Shown piece after piece: positions 12,800 through 24,952 of a DNA stretch of 64,000 nt. The translations under genes and the position numbers were made by a program. The notes beneath the pieces were generated by a model that saw only the letters and a program-made list of their open reading frames with translations, did not search any database and was not told where the DNA came from. The DNA comes from Camelus dromedarius (taxonomy: Eukaryota). The first letter of the stretch is position 1, and each line of letters begins with the position of its first letter. The stretch spans positions 79,486,001 through 79,550,000 of the forward strand of contig NC_087436.1 of assembly GCF_036321535.1 (NCBI RefSeq), written 5' to 3'.

Positions 12800-14201
12800 T
12801 TTTTTTTTAACTGAAGTATAGTTGATTTACAGTGTTTTGTTGGTTTCTGGTGTGCAGCATACTGATTCAGTTGTACATATATATAGGTTATTACAAAATA
12901 TTGAATACAGTTTCCTGTGCTATACAGTAGGTCCTTGTTGTTTATTTATTCTATATATAGTAGTTTGTATCTGCTAATCCCAAACTCCTAATTTATTCCT
13001 CCCCCACCTTCCCCTCTGGTAAATCATAAGTTTGTTTTCTATGTCTGTGAATCTCTTTCTGTTTTGTAAATAAGTTCATTTGTGTCATTTTTTTAGCTTC
13101 CACATATGAGTGATATCATACGATATTTGTCTTTCTCTGTCTGACTTACTTCACATAGTGTAATAATCTCCAGGTCCATTCATATTGTTACAAATGGCAT
13201 TTTATTTTTTATGGCTAAGTAGTATTCCATTATATTTGTATACCACAACTTCTTTATTCAGTCATCTTTTGATGGACATTTAAGTTGCTTCTATGTCTTG
13301 GCTGTTGTAAATAATGCTGCTATGAACATTGGGGTGCATTTATCTTTTTGAGTTGGATTTTCCTCTGGATATGCTCAGGAGTGGGACTGCTGAATCCTAT
13401 GGTAACTATTTTTAGTTTTTTAAGGAATCTCCATACTGTTTTCCATAGTGGCTACACCAATTTACTTTCCCACCTATAGTGTAGGAGGGTTCCCTTTTCT
13501 CCATACCCTCTCCAGCATTTATTGTTTATGGACTTTTTAATGATGGCCATTCTGACCAGTATGAGGTGATACCTCATTGTAGTTTTGATTTGCATTTCTC
13601 TGATAATTAGTGAAATTGAGCATCTCTTCATGTGCTTATTGGCCATCTGTATGCTTTCATTGGAGAAAGATCTTCTGCTCATTTTTGATTGGGTTGTCTT
13701 ATTTTTGTTGTTATTGAGTTGTGTGAGCTGTTTGTATATTCTGGAAGTTAAGCCCTTGTCAGTCACATCATTTGCAAGTATTTTCTTTTCTTTTTTTTTT
13801 TTTGCAAGTATTTTCTCCCATTCCGTAGGTTATCTTTTTGTTTTGTTTATGTTTCCTTTGCTGTGCAAAAGCTTATAAGTTTAATTAGGTCCTGTTCGTT
13901 TAGTTTTGCTTTTATTTCTATTACCTTGGTAGATTGACCCAGGAAAACATTGCTACGATTTATGTTAGAGAATATTTTGCCTATGTTCTCTTCTAGGAGA
14001 TTTATGGTGTCCTGTCTTATATTTAAGTCTCTAAGCCATTTTGAGATTACTTTTGTGTATGATGTGAGAAGTGTTCTAACTTCATTGATTTACATGCAGC
14101 TGTCCAGCTTTCCCAGCACGACTTGCCAAAGAGATTGTCTTTTCTCCTTTGCATATTCTTGCCTCCTTTGTCAAAGAGTGATTGACCATAGGTGTGTGGG
14201 T
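12800..14201 (-). mobile_element. 5'-truncated LINE-1 (~1.4 kb, ORF2 3' part and 3' UTR)
   Basis: Minus-strand ORF2 remnants ([24 protein letters not shown]) and poly-T at the left end. TSD ttgataggactt (12788) and ttgacaggactt (14202). Confidence 0.93.
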
Positions 14202-14862
14202 TTGACAGGACTTCATGAAGTTGATTCCATCTTGCTTCTAAAATCCCTGCAATGTTTAGTGAACACTTTGAGACATTAAAATCTTCCTCCTTAGAGCTGT
14301 TCAAATCCCTTACCAACCAATTAGTTCTGTCTCCTTTCAAGTAGTCATATGCAATTCAAAAACAAAAAACAAACAACCTGGCTCTTTAATGAAGATCAAG
14401 CAAGAAAGGCAAATATTTATACCACATTGTCTTCTCAGTTCTTGCCTATAGCCCGAAAAGAAAAGAAAAAAAAACCCATCAACAAACCACAAAACCCACA
14501 GTAAAATAAATCAAATACCTCAAAAGACCTTTTTGTGGCACTTCTGGCATTTTTTCCACATCAAAGAATGTTTCTCTTACCGTGAAGAACTTGTCATGAT
14601 TTCCTTCATCTCTTTCATGTACATGTCAGGTAAAATTTGGAGGATCACCGAAGGTGTCCTTTTTCCTTGTATGGTGGTAAATATGCCCTAAGCTGGTGTG
14701 TGGAGTATGGGAGAGGGATCCTGGGGAACTGTCTCTTCATATCTCATGGTAGTAGCTTGGGCTTCAGAGAGAACAGATGGTTTTTATGTCACTTGTCAGC
14801 TTCAGTGATGAGTAGTCATGGTCTAGTGTGCTTTTCTGGGGACGCATTTGAAGGGAGCCATT

Positions 14863-15180
14863 AATTAATTAATTAATTTTTATTGAGGTACCAGTTTCTG
14901 CACAATATTATATAAATTTCAGGTGTACAACATAGTGATTCCCAACTTTTTTTTTTTAATGGAGGCACTAGGGATTGAACCCAGGACCTGGTGCACACTA
15001 AGCACGCACTCTACCACTGAGCTATTTCTCTCCCCCTGCATAGTTTTTAAAGGTTACATTCCATCTGTAGTTATTATAAATGATGGGCTATATTCCCTGT
15101 GGTGTGCAATATATCCTTGTAGCTCACTTGTCTCCTACATAGCGGTTTGTACCTCTTAAGCCCCTACTGCTATGACTGAC
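14863..15180 (-). mobile_element. Short L1 3' fragment interrupted by a SINE
   Basis: tttcaggtgtacaacatagtgattc...tttttaaaggttacattccat...ggctatattccctgt...tatatccttgtagct is an L1 3' UTR in minus orientation. Confidence 0.8.
14947..15036 (-). mobile_element. vic-1-like tRNA-derived SINE nested in L1
   Basis: gggattgaacccaggacc...ctctaccactgagcta (B and A boxes in reverse) with poly-T. Confidence 0.88.
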
Positions 15181-16174
15181 AGTCATGGTCTGGAGTGCTT
15201 TTCTGGGACGGCATCTGAAGGGAGCCATTGTTGACTCAAGTGTCTGCTGTAGGCGGGAGAGTGGGGAGCGCTGGTAGTTGACTTGCCTACAGCCCCAAGA
15301 GAAAAGAAAACAAAACCCATCAACAAACCACAAAACCCACAGTTATGCATGGGCTATATAATCATTGAGGGGGGGGGTTTGAAGACCATTGTAAAAACTC
15401 CTAACTTATTGCCAGATATTTTATCTGTCTAAAATATAAATTTGGAAATATAACTCTTGGGTAACCACATTTTAACATGTTGTTAAATTTCTCTAAGTTG
15501 TGGAGCTTTTTCTGAATCCAAGGAAGCTTTATCCATCTCCCTGGAAAGACATGGGAATTGGTAGTTGTTAACCTTTTTTAGATTAGCAATCAGTTAACAT
15601 TTATGTACCCCCTTTTTAGAAAAACAACAACATACATTTGCATCATACAAACCCAGTTTTGTGTATAATTTCTAGGTATTTATGGATCCCCGGAGAGCCT
15701 CTCCAAGGACGCTTATGTTAACAACCTTTGACATGCCCCAGCACAGTTCTGGGTGTATGTAATAATTCTGTGCATTTATGCAAACAAGCACTTTCATATC
15801 CATTGTATTTGCAACCCAAGAAGGTTTAAAAATCATATACTAAATCCAAACAGGTTAAGGCTGAGATTTTGTTATAGATGAGAAAACAGAGGTTTAGGCA
15901 TCTTAACCAACTTCCCCAAAGCATCATTTTGTGTCTCTGAGACAATATTCATTCTGTGTCCTAGTTAACAGAGTTGAGTATAACTCATTTGTACCTGAGG
16001 ACCTCAGAATTTTGTCCACATTTTCCATGCTTTTTCATCATATGTAGTAACTGCAGTTACACTTGCAATGTACAGTTGTGTAATTACAATGTTAGCTAAG
16101 GTTTAGAAAAGCTTATAGTACCTGTGAACTTTCTGATGGGTTGAGGGATAAAGGCCTAAAGTCAGTTGGGTTTA

Positions 16175-17204
16175 CAAACAACCCAATCCAAAAATGGACA
16201 GAAGATCTAAACAAGCAATTCTCCAATGAAGAAATACAAATGATCAATAGGCACATGAAAAAATGCTCAATATCACTAATTGTCAGAGAAGTGCAAATCA
16301 AAACTACAATGAGGTATTACCTCACACCAGTCAGAATGGCTGTCATTCAAAGTCCATAAATGATAAATGCTAGAGAGGCTGTGGAGAAAAGGGAACCCTC
16401 CTACACTGCTGGTGGGAATGCAGTTTGGTGCAGCCACTGTGGAAAACAGTGTGGAGATTCCTCAAAAGACTAGGAGCAGACTTACTATATGACCCAGTAA
16501 TCCCACTCCTGGGCATATATCCATATATCCTACTTCAAAAAGACACCTGCATCCCAATGTTCATAGCAGCACTATTTACAATAGCCAAGACATGGAAACA
16601 GCCTAAATGTCCATTGACAGATGACTGGATAAAGAAGCTGTGGCATTTGACACAACATTGTAAAACGATTATAACTCAATAAAAAATGTTTAAAAAAAAA
16701 GAAGCTGTGGTATATTTATACAATGGAATACTATTCAGCCATAAAAACCAACAACATAATGCCATTTGCAGCAATATGGATGTCCCTGGAGAATGTCATT
16801 CTAAGTGAAGTAAGCCAGAAAGAGAAAGAAAAATGCCATATGAGATTGCTCATATGTGGAATCTAAAAAAAAAGAAAAGAAAGAAAAGAAAAAGACAAAT
16901 GAACATAAGTACAAAACAGAAACAGACTCATAGATATAGAATACAAACTTGTGGCTGCCAGCGGGAAGAAGGGTGGGAAGGGACAGACTGGGAGTTTGAA
17001 ATTCGTAGATACTGACATATATATATATAGAATCGTAAACAAGATTATACTGTGTAGCACAGGGAAATATATATAAGATCTTGTGGTAGCTCATGGTGAA
17101 AAAGAATGTGACAATGAATATATGTATGTTCATGTATAACTGAAAAATTGTGCTCTACACTGGGAATTGACACAACATTGTAAACTGACTAACTCAATTA
17201 AAAA
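16175..17204 (+). mobile_element. 5'-truncated LINE-1 3' end, relatively young
   Basis: ORF2 remnants [16 protein letters not shown]...HMKKCSISL and [15 protein letters not shown] aaagtcagttgg(g/a)ttta at 16158-16174 and 17205-17221. Confidence 0.93.
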
Positions 17205-17231
17205 AAAGTCAGTTGGATTTATCTTTTTAGA

Positions 17232-17545
17232 TTTTTTTTTTTGGTATATGTATTTATTGAAGTATAGTCAGTTTTTAAATTGTAGTTGATGTAAAATATT
17301 ATGCTAGTTTCAAGTGTACAATGCAGTAATTTGATATTTATATATATTACAAATTGATCACCAGGATAAACCTAGTAACCATCTGTCACTATACAAAGTT
17401 ACTTCAACATTATTTACTGTATTCCCTATGCTGTACATTACATCTTATGACTTACTTATTTTATAACTGGAAGTTTGTACCACTTAATACCCTTCCCCTA
17501 TTTTTGTCCCACTCCTCATCCCCATCCACTCTAAGCCAACTGGAT
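17232..17545 (-). mobile_element. L1 3' fragment(s), L1MA-like
   Basis: ctagtaaccatctgtcactatacaaagtta...tattccctatgctgtacattacatc...ttataactggaagtttgtacc. Confidence 0.75.
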
Positions 17546-18339
17546 GAAATCAGTCAGTAGAGGGCAGAAGTAGGAGAAACTGTACAGCTAACTTCCTGAA
17601 GTCATACTTGTCCTCTTTTGGCTAAACATAAGCTATGTATCTGAAGAGCATTCAAGATCTCTTCTTAGTGGCTTTACAAAGTTTTTTTTTTTTTTTTTTT
17701 CCTCCTAAATAAAGATCTCTGCTTTTTTTTAAAATTTAGAAATACTTTCTTACAAGAGAAATTGTAATGATAAGAATGTTACATTAAATATCCATAAGCC
17801 CTTTAACCACATTAACCTGTTGGTAACATTTTGCCCCATTTGCTTTATCATTTGCATTTTCATGTGCTGCTTTCTCTCTCGTAAATATGTGCATAAATGT
17901 TTCTATTTCAATATGTTTATATTTCATATTCATGTATAATATTAATATATTGGAAATCTGAATCTATAACATTTCACTCAACTCATGGAGTTCTTTCTCA
18001 CTTTCCATCAATCTATGTTCGTATTTCCCTCTTTTCACAGTGAATACCTTGTTTCCTGACAGTATCAATGTGTTTGCTTGTTTTCTCCAGCCTATAGTAG
18101 ATCTAAAACTGTTTGAGAACTGCTTCACCTGTTTTACTACAAAAAACAAATGTAGTAAAATAATTCAGGGTACTTTGCAGTTCCTAGTACCCCACCTAAG
18201 ATGGAGCGGATGTGGTCAAATACTGTCTTTGTAAATTTCTTGAGTTTTTCTCTCCCTCTTCCTTCAGGGTTCTTTTATTCATTTGAAATACAGCTGGGTT
18301 CCTTTGTTTAAGTTTGCTTTCACTTTGCTAGTCCTATTT

Positions 18340-19050
18340 TTATTGATTTATTTTTTGAATTTGTGGGACATTAACATACTTCTAAGTGTCGAAACTAAAC
18401 AAAAAAGCTACACTCATAGAAGTGTCAGTCCATCCATGTCTATTCTGCCCCATTTCCTCTGACCCTTGTGAAATCTACAGCTTTGTTGATTTTGGTTATT
18501 TTTTCTTTTTGTAGAGATAATGTGTATACTTCCCCTTCCATCTGACACAAAATGTGGCACACTTCATTTGCTTTTTTGCAGTTTGCTTTTTTCACTTAAC
18601 ATCTCCTGGGAATCAGTCCTTACCAGTCATAGAGATCAACCTTGTTCTTTTTGTAGCTGCGTAGTACTGCATTGTGTGTATGTACCATAGTGTATTCATC
18701 TAAGTTCTTATGTTCAGACATGTAGGTATTTTTCAGTATCTTGCAATTGCAGATGATGCTGCAATGAAAACCTTGTGTATATATGTTTTCATTTTGTTGG
18801 AGGTATATCTGCAGGGTAGATTCCTAGAAGTGGAGTTACTGAGTTGAAGGGTAAGTGTATGTGTAGTTCTGATAGGTACTGCCAAGTTTCCTTCTGTGGG
18901 GGTTGTTCTCTCCCACATCCCAAGCAATGTGCGAGAGTGCCTGTTTCCCACAGCCTTGGCTCAGAGTGCATCGTCAAGCTTTTGCATCCTTATTAGTCTG
19001 GTGGGTCTGAAATCATTATTTCAGTGTAGTTTTAATTTGCATTTCCCTTA
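18340..19050 (-). mobile_element. Old L1M fragment
   Basis: Minus-strand ORF2 remnant (HIHLPFNSVTPLLGIYP) and the motif ttcctagaagtggagttactgagttgaagggta. Confidence 0.75.
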
Positions 19051-19320
19051 CCTTGACTCAGCTGAAAGATTTCTACTTTTTAAAACTGAAGTAAAGCTAA
19101 TGTGGCAACATAGCTCAAAATTCAAAGATGCTACTAAAGAACATTTTGTGCTTATATTTGGCTATTTATACTCTTTGAACAGATTAAGAAGGTCAGTCTT
19201 TTCTCTGAGTGGGAAATAGGAACTTATTGGAACTAAAGGAACTAATAGGAACTAAAAAAAAGGCATTCTCTGGACAGCTATGCCTTTACATTTTCCCCCT
19301 TTTTCTCATGGTTCTTCTAG

Positions 19321-19436
19321 GTTGGCCAGGTTCATGGTGGATTGCTGGGAATTATTCAGAGAGCTATGGTCAAGGCTTGTCCACATGTCTGGTTTGAACG
19401 TTCAGAAATGAAGGACCGACACCTGGTTACTCAGAG
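19321..19436 (+). CDS. GPAT3: GPAT3 coding exon (probably exon 7, 116 nt)
   Basis: ttctag|GTT GGC CAG gives VGQVHGGLLGIIQRAMVKACPHVWFERSEMKDRHLVTQR. Donor is AG|gtaagc. Confidence 0.96.
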
Positions 19437-20603
19437 GTAAGCAGTGGCATTACTCGGCATCCATGGGGGTAGCATAAAGTCTGATAAGTTGTGGCCTTCC
19501 TGCCAGAGAGGGCTGAGCAGCACCAAGGGCTCAAACTGCAGCATACGGAGCTCTGTTTATGGTTGGCTTTTTCTAGTGAATCATCTGTCTTAGCTAGACT
19601 TAAAGATTTTTTAATTCTGTAGTCATAGTGGGATATACAATGAGATTAAAAGGCCAGTACATTTATATTGCCGGGACTTAGGGATAATCCAGTCACTGAA
19701 TTTTTAAAGCTAAAAATTACTACTTGAAGGTAAATAATTGGTAACTGTTGGCTGAATAAACAGATGGCTGATTAAGTGTTTGCTGAGTGACCGTTATCAC
19801 TTAAATCCGTCTAGAGACAGACAGAGCTAATGCTCTTCATGGAACAGGCGAAGGAGCTCCTGGGACTTGGGATGGAGTTGAGCTGCCTTTGTTTGGAAAC
19901 AGCTTTTGCCTTTTAACTGAAGACGCTCTAGTCCTCGCTTCTGTAGGGGTGAAGGTGGGCCATGCGTTTAAGAGTAAAAATGAAAGTACCTGAAGGAATT
20001 TCTTTAAGGTTGGGAAACTGTTCCCCATCTTGGAATGATTTAGCAGTGGTATACACTCTGGCAGCTGTAGTCTCTCTATCTCAGCTTTACCAGCTTCCAG
20101 TGAGCAGCTGGAAATGTAGGGCTGGCCGCAGGCAGGGCAGGACCTAAGCTTGGGAGAACTTCTTTCATTCTTAGTTTTATGGTGTGTGTTTCACAGAAAA
20201 GTTCAGCCTGACTCACTGAAGGAGTTTTCTTATATTTAATGGTCTTGAGGTGGACAAGTCCCACAACCAATATTCCCACTTTTTAGATGAGGAAATACAA
20301 GTACGTGGAGAAAGGCACAAAGCTGATGACACGGGCTCGAGGGCGCACGTCACATGACTGCCTAGTACTGTTTTTTAAGAGTAGGCAGAAGGCACTGAAA
20401 ATCACTCCTTGGAGATGAGAGAAATTGAAGCAGTGTACATATCCTTACACTTTTTTAGAAAGGGACCAACTTGAATTTCAATCTGATTTCTTCTTACTGT
20501 GTTACAGTTATATTTGTGCTAGTAGAGTATAAAGAATACCAAAGAGGATTCCCACCTCTCTCTTTTTAAAGGTAGAATTTTGATCCTTTATTTTTCTTCA
20601 CAG

Positions 20604-20659
20604 ACTAAGAGAACATATTGCTGATAAGAAAAAATTACCCATATTAATCTTTCCTGAAG
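20604..20659 (+). CDS. GPAT3: GPAT3 coding exon (probably exon 8, 56 nt)
   Basis: ttcacag|A CTA AGA gives LREHIADKKKLPILIFPE(G). Donor is G|gtaaga. The FPEGT motif spans this exon and the next. Confidence 0.96.
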
Positions 20660-21177
20660 GTAAGAAGGGGGATTGCTTACCAAGCTATAGTTGATGACAA
20701 GTACCAAAAGTGTATGAGGAATTGGATTGTTCTAGAATTGGCATTCTTAGTTCAGATCTGTGCTGTCCTACAGGAATGAGATGGCTTCTGAGCTAGTAAT
20801 TCCCTGCTTCCTTATGAGATTTAATGGCAGTCATGGTACTTTTTTTGATCTTAGAATTTGTGTTTGGGTAATGAACTTAGAAAGGCATTGTCCATAACTT
20901 TTAAGGTTCCTTATTTTAAATATATTGAAATTGTCACCTATTGTGTATCTCTAGAATAGTCAGTAATAAAGTAAAAATTTGTTAGTAAATCTCCTTAAAA
21001 CTGTTGAATTACTACTTAAGCAGAAATTGACTTATGAGATGGTAGTAAAATGTCTATAATTGTGATATAATGTGAATATTTTCAATTATTTTATATCAAA
21101 ATAATTCATTTTAAAAAATCAGTTTAAAAATTGACTGCTTTAAAAAATATTCACCCACCCCCCCAATTCCCCTCCAG

Positions 21178-21263
21178 GAACTTGCATCAACAATACTTCA
21201 GTAATGATGTTCAAAAAGGGAAGCTTTGAAATTGGAGGAACCATACATCCAGTTGCAATTAAG
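21178..21263 (+). CDS. GPAT3: GPAT3 coding exon (probably exon 9, 86 nt)
   Basis: cctccag|GA ACT TGC gives GTCINNTSVMMFKKGSFEIGGTIHPVAIK. Donor is AAG|gtaaaa. Confidence 0.96.
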
Positions 21264-21778
21264 GTAAAACAGATTATCCACCCCTACCCTCCCCAAAAGG
21301 GCAGTGACTTGGTAACTTTATTTTGATATGATTCCAAACTTAATAAAGAATACTTGTGTGCTCTTTACTCAGATTTACCTGTTGTTTGCACTTGCCCCAC
21401 TTGCTCGATCATCTTTTCTCTCTATTGATATGTATACAGTATGTACCAGGGGACTGTGTGCCGGGCCAGTGCTCCAGAACTGAGGATACACTGATAAGCA
21501 AAACAGATGCTGTTCCTACTTTGACCCGCTTTCCAGTCAGGTCGGGAGACAGATATTTAAGGATCATGTCAATAACCTCCCTGTCACAGCGTTCCTGGCT
21601 CTAGTCAGAGGAGTTATCTGACCTGGTTTAGTCTTTTGATCATTTCTGTCCAGTGAAATAGCTTTTCTCTTTCTCTTGGGGTCTGATAGAGATGTTTGGC
21701 TTGTTAGCCATTAACATGGATGAGAGAAGCCGCCATTTAATTTTTAACTGGAATGCATTTTCTTTCCTCTTTTCTCAG

Positions 21779-21907
21779 TATAATCCTCAATTTGGCGATG
21801 CATTTTGGAACAGTAGTAAATACAACATGGTGAGCTACCTGCTTCGAATGATGACCAGCTGGGCTATTGTCTGTGACGTGTGGTACATGCCCCCTATGAC
21901 CAGAGAG
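21779..21907 (+). CDS. GPAT3: GPAT3 coding exon (probably exon 10, 129 nt)
   Basis: ttctcag|TAT AAT CCT gives YNPQFGDAFWNSSKYNMVSYLLRMMTSWAIVCDVWYMPPMTRE. Donor is GAG|gtattc. Confidence 0.97.
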
Positions 21908-22402
21908 GTATTCCATAGATAATGGCTTTATCTAATCAGATAAAGACAAGAAAACCTTTACCCGAAAACCTGGGTATCTGTCTTCCTCACGTCAGCTAGA
22001 GTTGGACTTTCTTTCTGCCTCCTCAGCAAATGAGTCATTGAAAATAAATATATTTAGCTCTCTTCAAAATCAGTCTGTTTTTGTATTCAGAGACTCTTTT
22101 CCGTAAGAGTTTTTACAATTGCTATTGGTTCATTGAACCTACAAATGTTGTGGAATGTTGTATCTCGAATAAGACTAACAAAGAGCATAATAAATATATA
22201 TATATACACATCATAAAAAATTAAACAATATAGCACTACATTTTCTTGATAGAACAAATATTTGCTGTGATTCAGAATAGAGAATATTTGAGCTAAAATG
22301 TGAATCTTATATTTTAAAACAAATCTAAATGATTATGAGATATTTGAAAGCATTATTTGAAGATTCTGTTCCCAGGATGTACTTGTAATTTTTTTTTTCC
22401 AG

Positions 22403-22482
22403 AAAGGAGAAGATGCAGTCCAGTTTGCTAATAGGGTTAAGTCTGCTATTGCTGTACAAGGAGGATTGACTGAGCTTCCCTG
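22403..22482 (+). CDS. GPAT3: GPAT3 coding exon (probably exon 11, 80 nt)
   Basis: ttttccag|AAA GGA GAA gives KGEDAVQFANRVKSAIAVQGGLTELP(W). Donor is TG|gtaaga. Confidence 0.96.
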
Positions 22483-22536
22483 GTAAGACATTTTCAGAAG
22501 TACTGTCATTTTTTAAAAATTAAAAACCCAACTTTT

Positions 22537-22665
22537 TTGGAGAGGGGAGGGTATTAAGCTTTTATGTATGTATGTATGTATGTATGAATGGAAGTACTGG
22601 GGATTGAACTCGGGACCTTGTGCATGCTAAGCACATACTCTGCCACTGAGCTATACCCTCCCCTC
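22537..22665 (-). mobile_element. vic-1-like SINE with a perfect 16-bp TSD
   Basis: Full tRNA-like head and (TATG)n tail. taaaaacccaactttt at 22521-22536 and 22666-22681. Confidence 0.92.
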
Positions 22666-22779
22666 TAAAAACCCAACTTTTAATAATGTCATTTATTATG
22701 CTAGTTCGCTGGAGGTTTAGCTGACACTGACAGTGGTTTATACAGCGTTAACGATGTCTTGAATAAGGTAGAGTTTTAT

Positions 22780-23110
22780 CCCTCTCACTTAACCATAGGG
22801 AGTTCAACTGGTATAACAACTCATTCGGTATTCGTCTACCATTCTCAGTGTGCTTCTACTTTATGGTCCAGGGCAGCTGCTTCAGCTCTACCCAGTGAGT
22901 ACAACAGAATGGCTAGCAGGGAAGAACTAAAACAAGAAGGATGTACTCATGTCTTTGGGAACCTCAGGCGGGAAGTTGGACACGCCACCTCCACTTGTAT
23001 ATGTTGACTGGAACTCAAGTCATGCGATAACACCTTGATGCAAAGGACTCTGGGAGATGTAGTCTTTGTTCTGTATGGCCATGTGTCTAGCTAAAATTAA
23101 GAATTCTTTC
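22780..23110. mobile_element. Old MaLR LTR fragment (MLT1-like)
   Basis: tgcaaaggactctgggagatgtagtcttt...ggccatgtgtctagctaaaatt. Confidence 0.55.
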
Positions 23111-23325
23111 ACTGAAGAAGAAAGTGTGAATGGATTTGAGCATGGGGCACGGACCTTGGGAGGCGAGGGGCAACCCCCAGGCTTGTTCATATTTAACTCT
23201 AGCTATAACTATGTTAAATAAAACTTAAAAACTTGACAGGAAGTAAGTGAAATATTTTTAGTTATGGATAACTATAGCTTTAGTTTTTTGTTCATTTGTT
23301 TGAGGAAGACTGAGTGTAGTTGAGA

Positions 23326-23583
23326 GTGTCAGTTTGCTCAGGCTGCCAAAACAAACTACCATAGACTGGGTGACTCAAGCAACAGAAATTTATTTTGTCA
23401 CTGAAGGCTGGAAACTGTGTGATGTGTCTTCTTATAAGGGCACTATACCCATCTTGAGGGCCCAGTGCTCATGATCTCATTTAAACCTAATTAGCTGCCA
23501 AAGGTCCCATCTCCAAATACCGTATTTTTTGGGGTTAGGGCTTCAGTATGAATTTTGGGGAGCACACAAACTTTAGTCTGTGT
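23326..23583 (-). mobile_element. MaLR LTR (MLT1A/B-like), internally deleted
   Basis: ggctgccaaaacaaactaccatagactgggtgactcaagcaacagaaatttatt...aaaggtcccatctccaaatac...ttagggcttcagtatgaattttgggg. Confidence 0.8.
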
Positions 23584-24230
23584 CAGTGAGGGTTAAATGT
23601 ACCTATGTTATGATGGGGGATTAAATTCTTACACACACATAGACATTGTATTTGGTAGACTGGCATAAAACAGTCCATACTTCAAGGCCTACTAATATTA
23701 GGTCCCTGCTGTTTATCTTTTTGGTGTTTTGAAAACATGTGATGTGGAAAGTTCATGGGAGTCAATTTTGGCAGTGTTCTAGAAGCAGGATGTGGCTAAC
23801 CAAGTCAGGCTGTCAGCCAGGCAACCAAAAACATCTGAACACATGGAGGGACCCAGGACTGTTTAGGGATTAAGCCTCTGGTGGAAGGGCTAGCTGGATT
23901 CTTACGTACCCTTTAATGCAAGGGGGGGGGGATTATCTCTAAAATACTTAATCCATTCACATATCTTGAATACAGCTAATTTCACTCAGGGAAGACTTTC
24001 TGGCATCCATTATACTAATTAATAAGCTATTAATTTCTACAGTAAAAACCTATTTCTAAAATTCATTATGCTAGTTATAAAGCTTGGGAGTATGATGGGA
24101 GATCAAGGTAGCTGAAGCCTTATAGCGGTACCTCTGGAGTGTGGCCTTCTGACTAAGGCCTGACCCCTCTGGGAGTATGAGTTCTTGATTTAGGGCAACT
24201 GACTGGCCCTAAGGTCAGGATTAGGGTTAA

Positions 24231-24339
24231 CAGGACTGGGACATTATGCTGTACGTCAGAGATTGACACATTGTAACTGACTATACTTCAACAACAAATA
24301 AAATAAAATAAAATGAAATAATTTAAACAAAAAAAAAAG
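24231..24339 (+). mobile_element. Very short L1 3' end with A-rich tail
   Basis: tgctgtac...ttgacacattgtaactgactatacttcaa followed by an A-tail. Flanked by tagggttaa at 24222 and 24340. Confidence 0.75.
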
Positions 24340-24952
24340 TAGGGTTAAGATGGGTTAAGACCAACATTTGTGTTACGTTCTCTACACTGGAATATGTGAA
24401 ACTAAATTACAGACATCCCACCATCATGAAATGACAGGCTTACCGATGCTGTAGTTTATAGATGCCCTAGTGACCCATGTTCTTATATCTTCCTTGTTCA
24501 TTGTTTTCTAGTCTTTATCCCCCTTCCTCTTGCCTGACACCCTAGCCCTGCTCCTGCCCTAAAAAGCTTAGAGCTTTGGATCTATAGCCTCAGAGAACAA
24601 GGAAAGGAAGAAAACTTTGAGAAACAAAATAGCTTAAGGGAGTTAGCCCCAGGACAGACTCTCAGTCAGACTGGCTTGAATAGAATGGCAAAAGTAACCC
24701 TCAGAGTTTTAACATTTCCTTATATCAGGCCATATGTGATTTTATGATATAAGGTTGTTTTTAATTACCTAGTCTCTTCTTTAAAAAGAAAATAGGCTCA
24801 CTGCCTTTCCAGATGTATTTGTCATTCATCCATCAGGTGTGAATTAACATGTCTAGATTGGTTTTTTTTCCTAGATTAAGTGAGAACTTACTTGTGTCAT
24901 CTTAAACTGGCTTTTATTTATGGCTGCTGTCCTCCTTAAGAACTAAGATCTG

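Noticed and set aside
16047..16060. Perfect 14-bp palindrome gtaactgcagttac
   Set aside because: A few palindromes of this length are expected by chance in 64 kb, and there is no supporting context.
13452..16682. ORFs similar to the L1 ORF2 C-terminus as functional genes
   Set aside because: They are frameshifted, 5'-truncated L1 remnants.
23194..23285. Imperfect AT-rich inverted repeat as a MITE or pre-miRNA
   Set aside because: Too many mismatches, no TSD, and low complexity.
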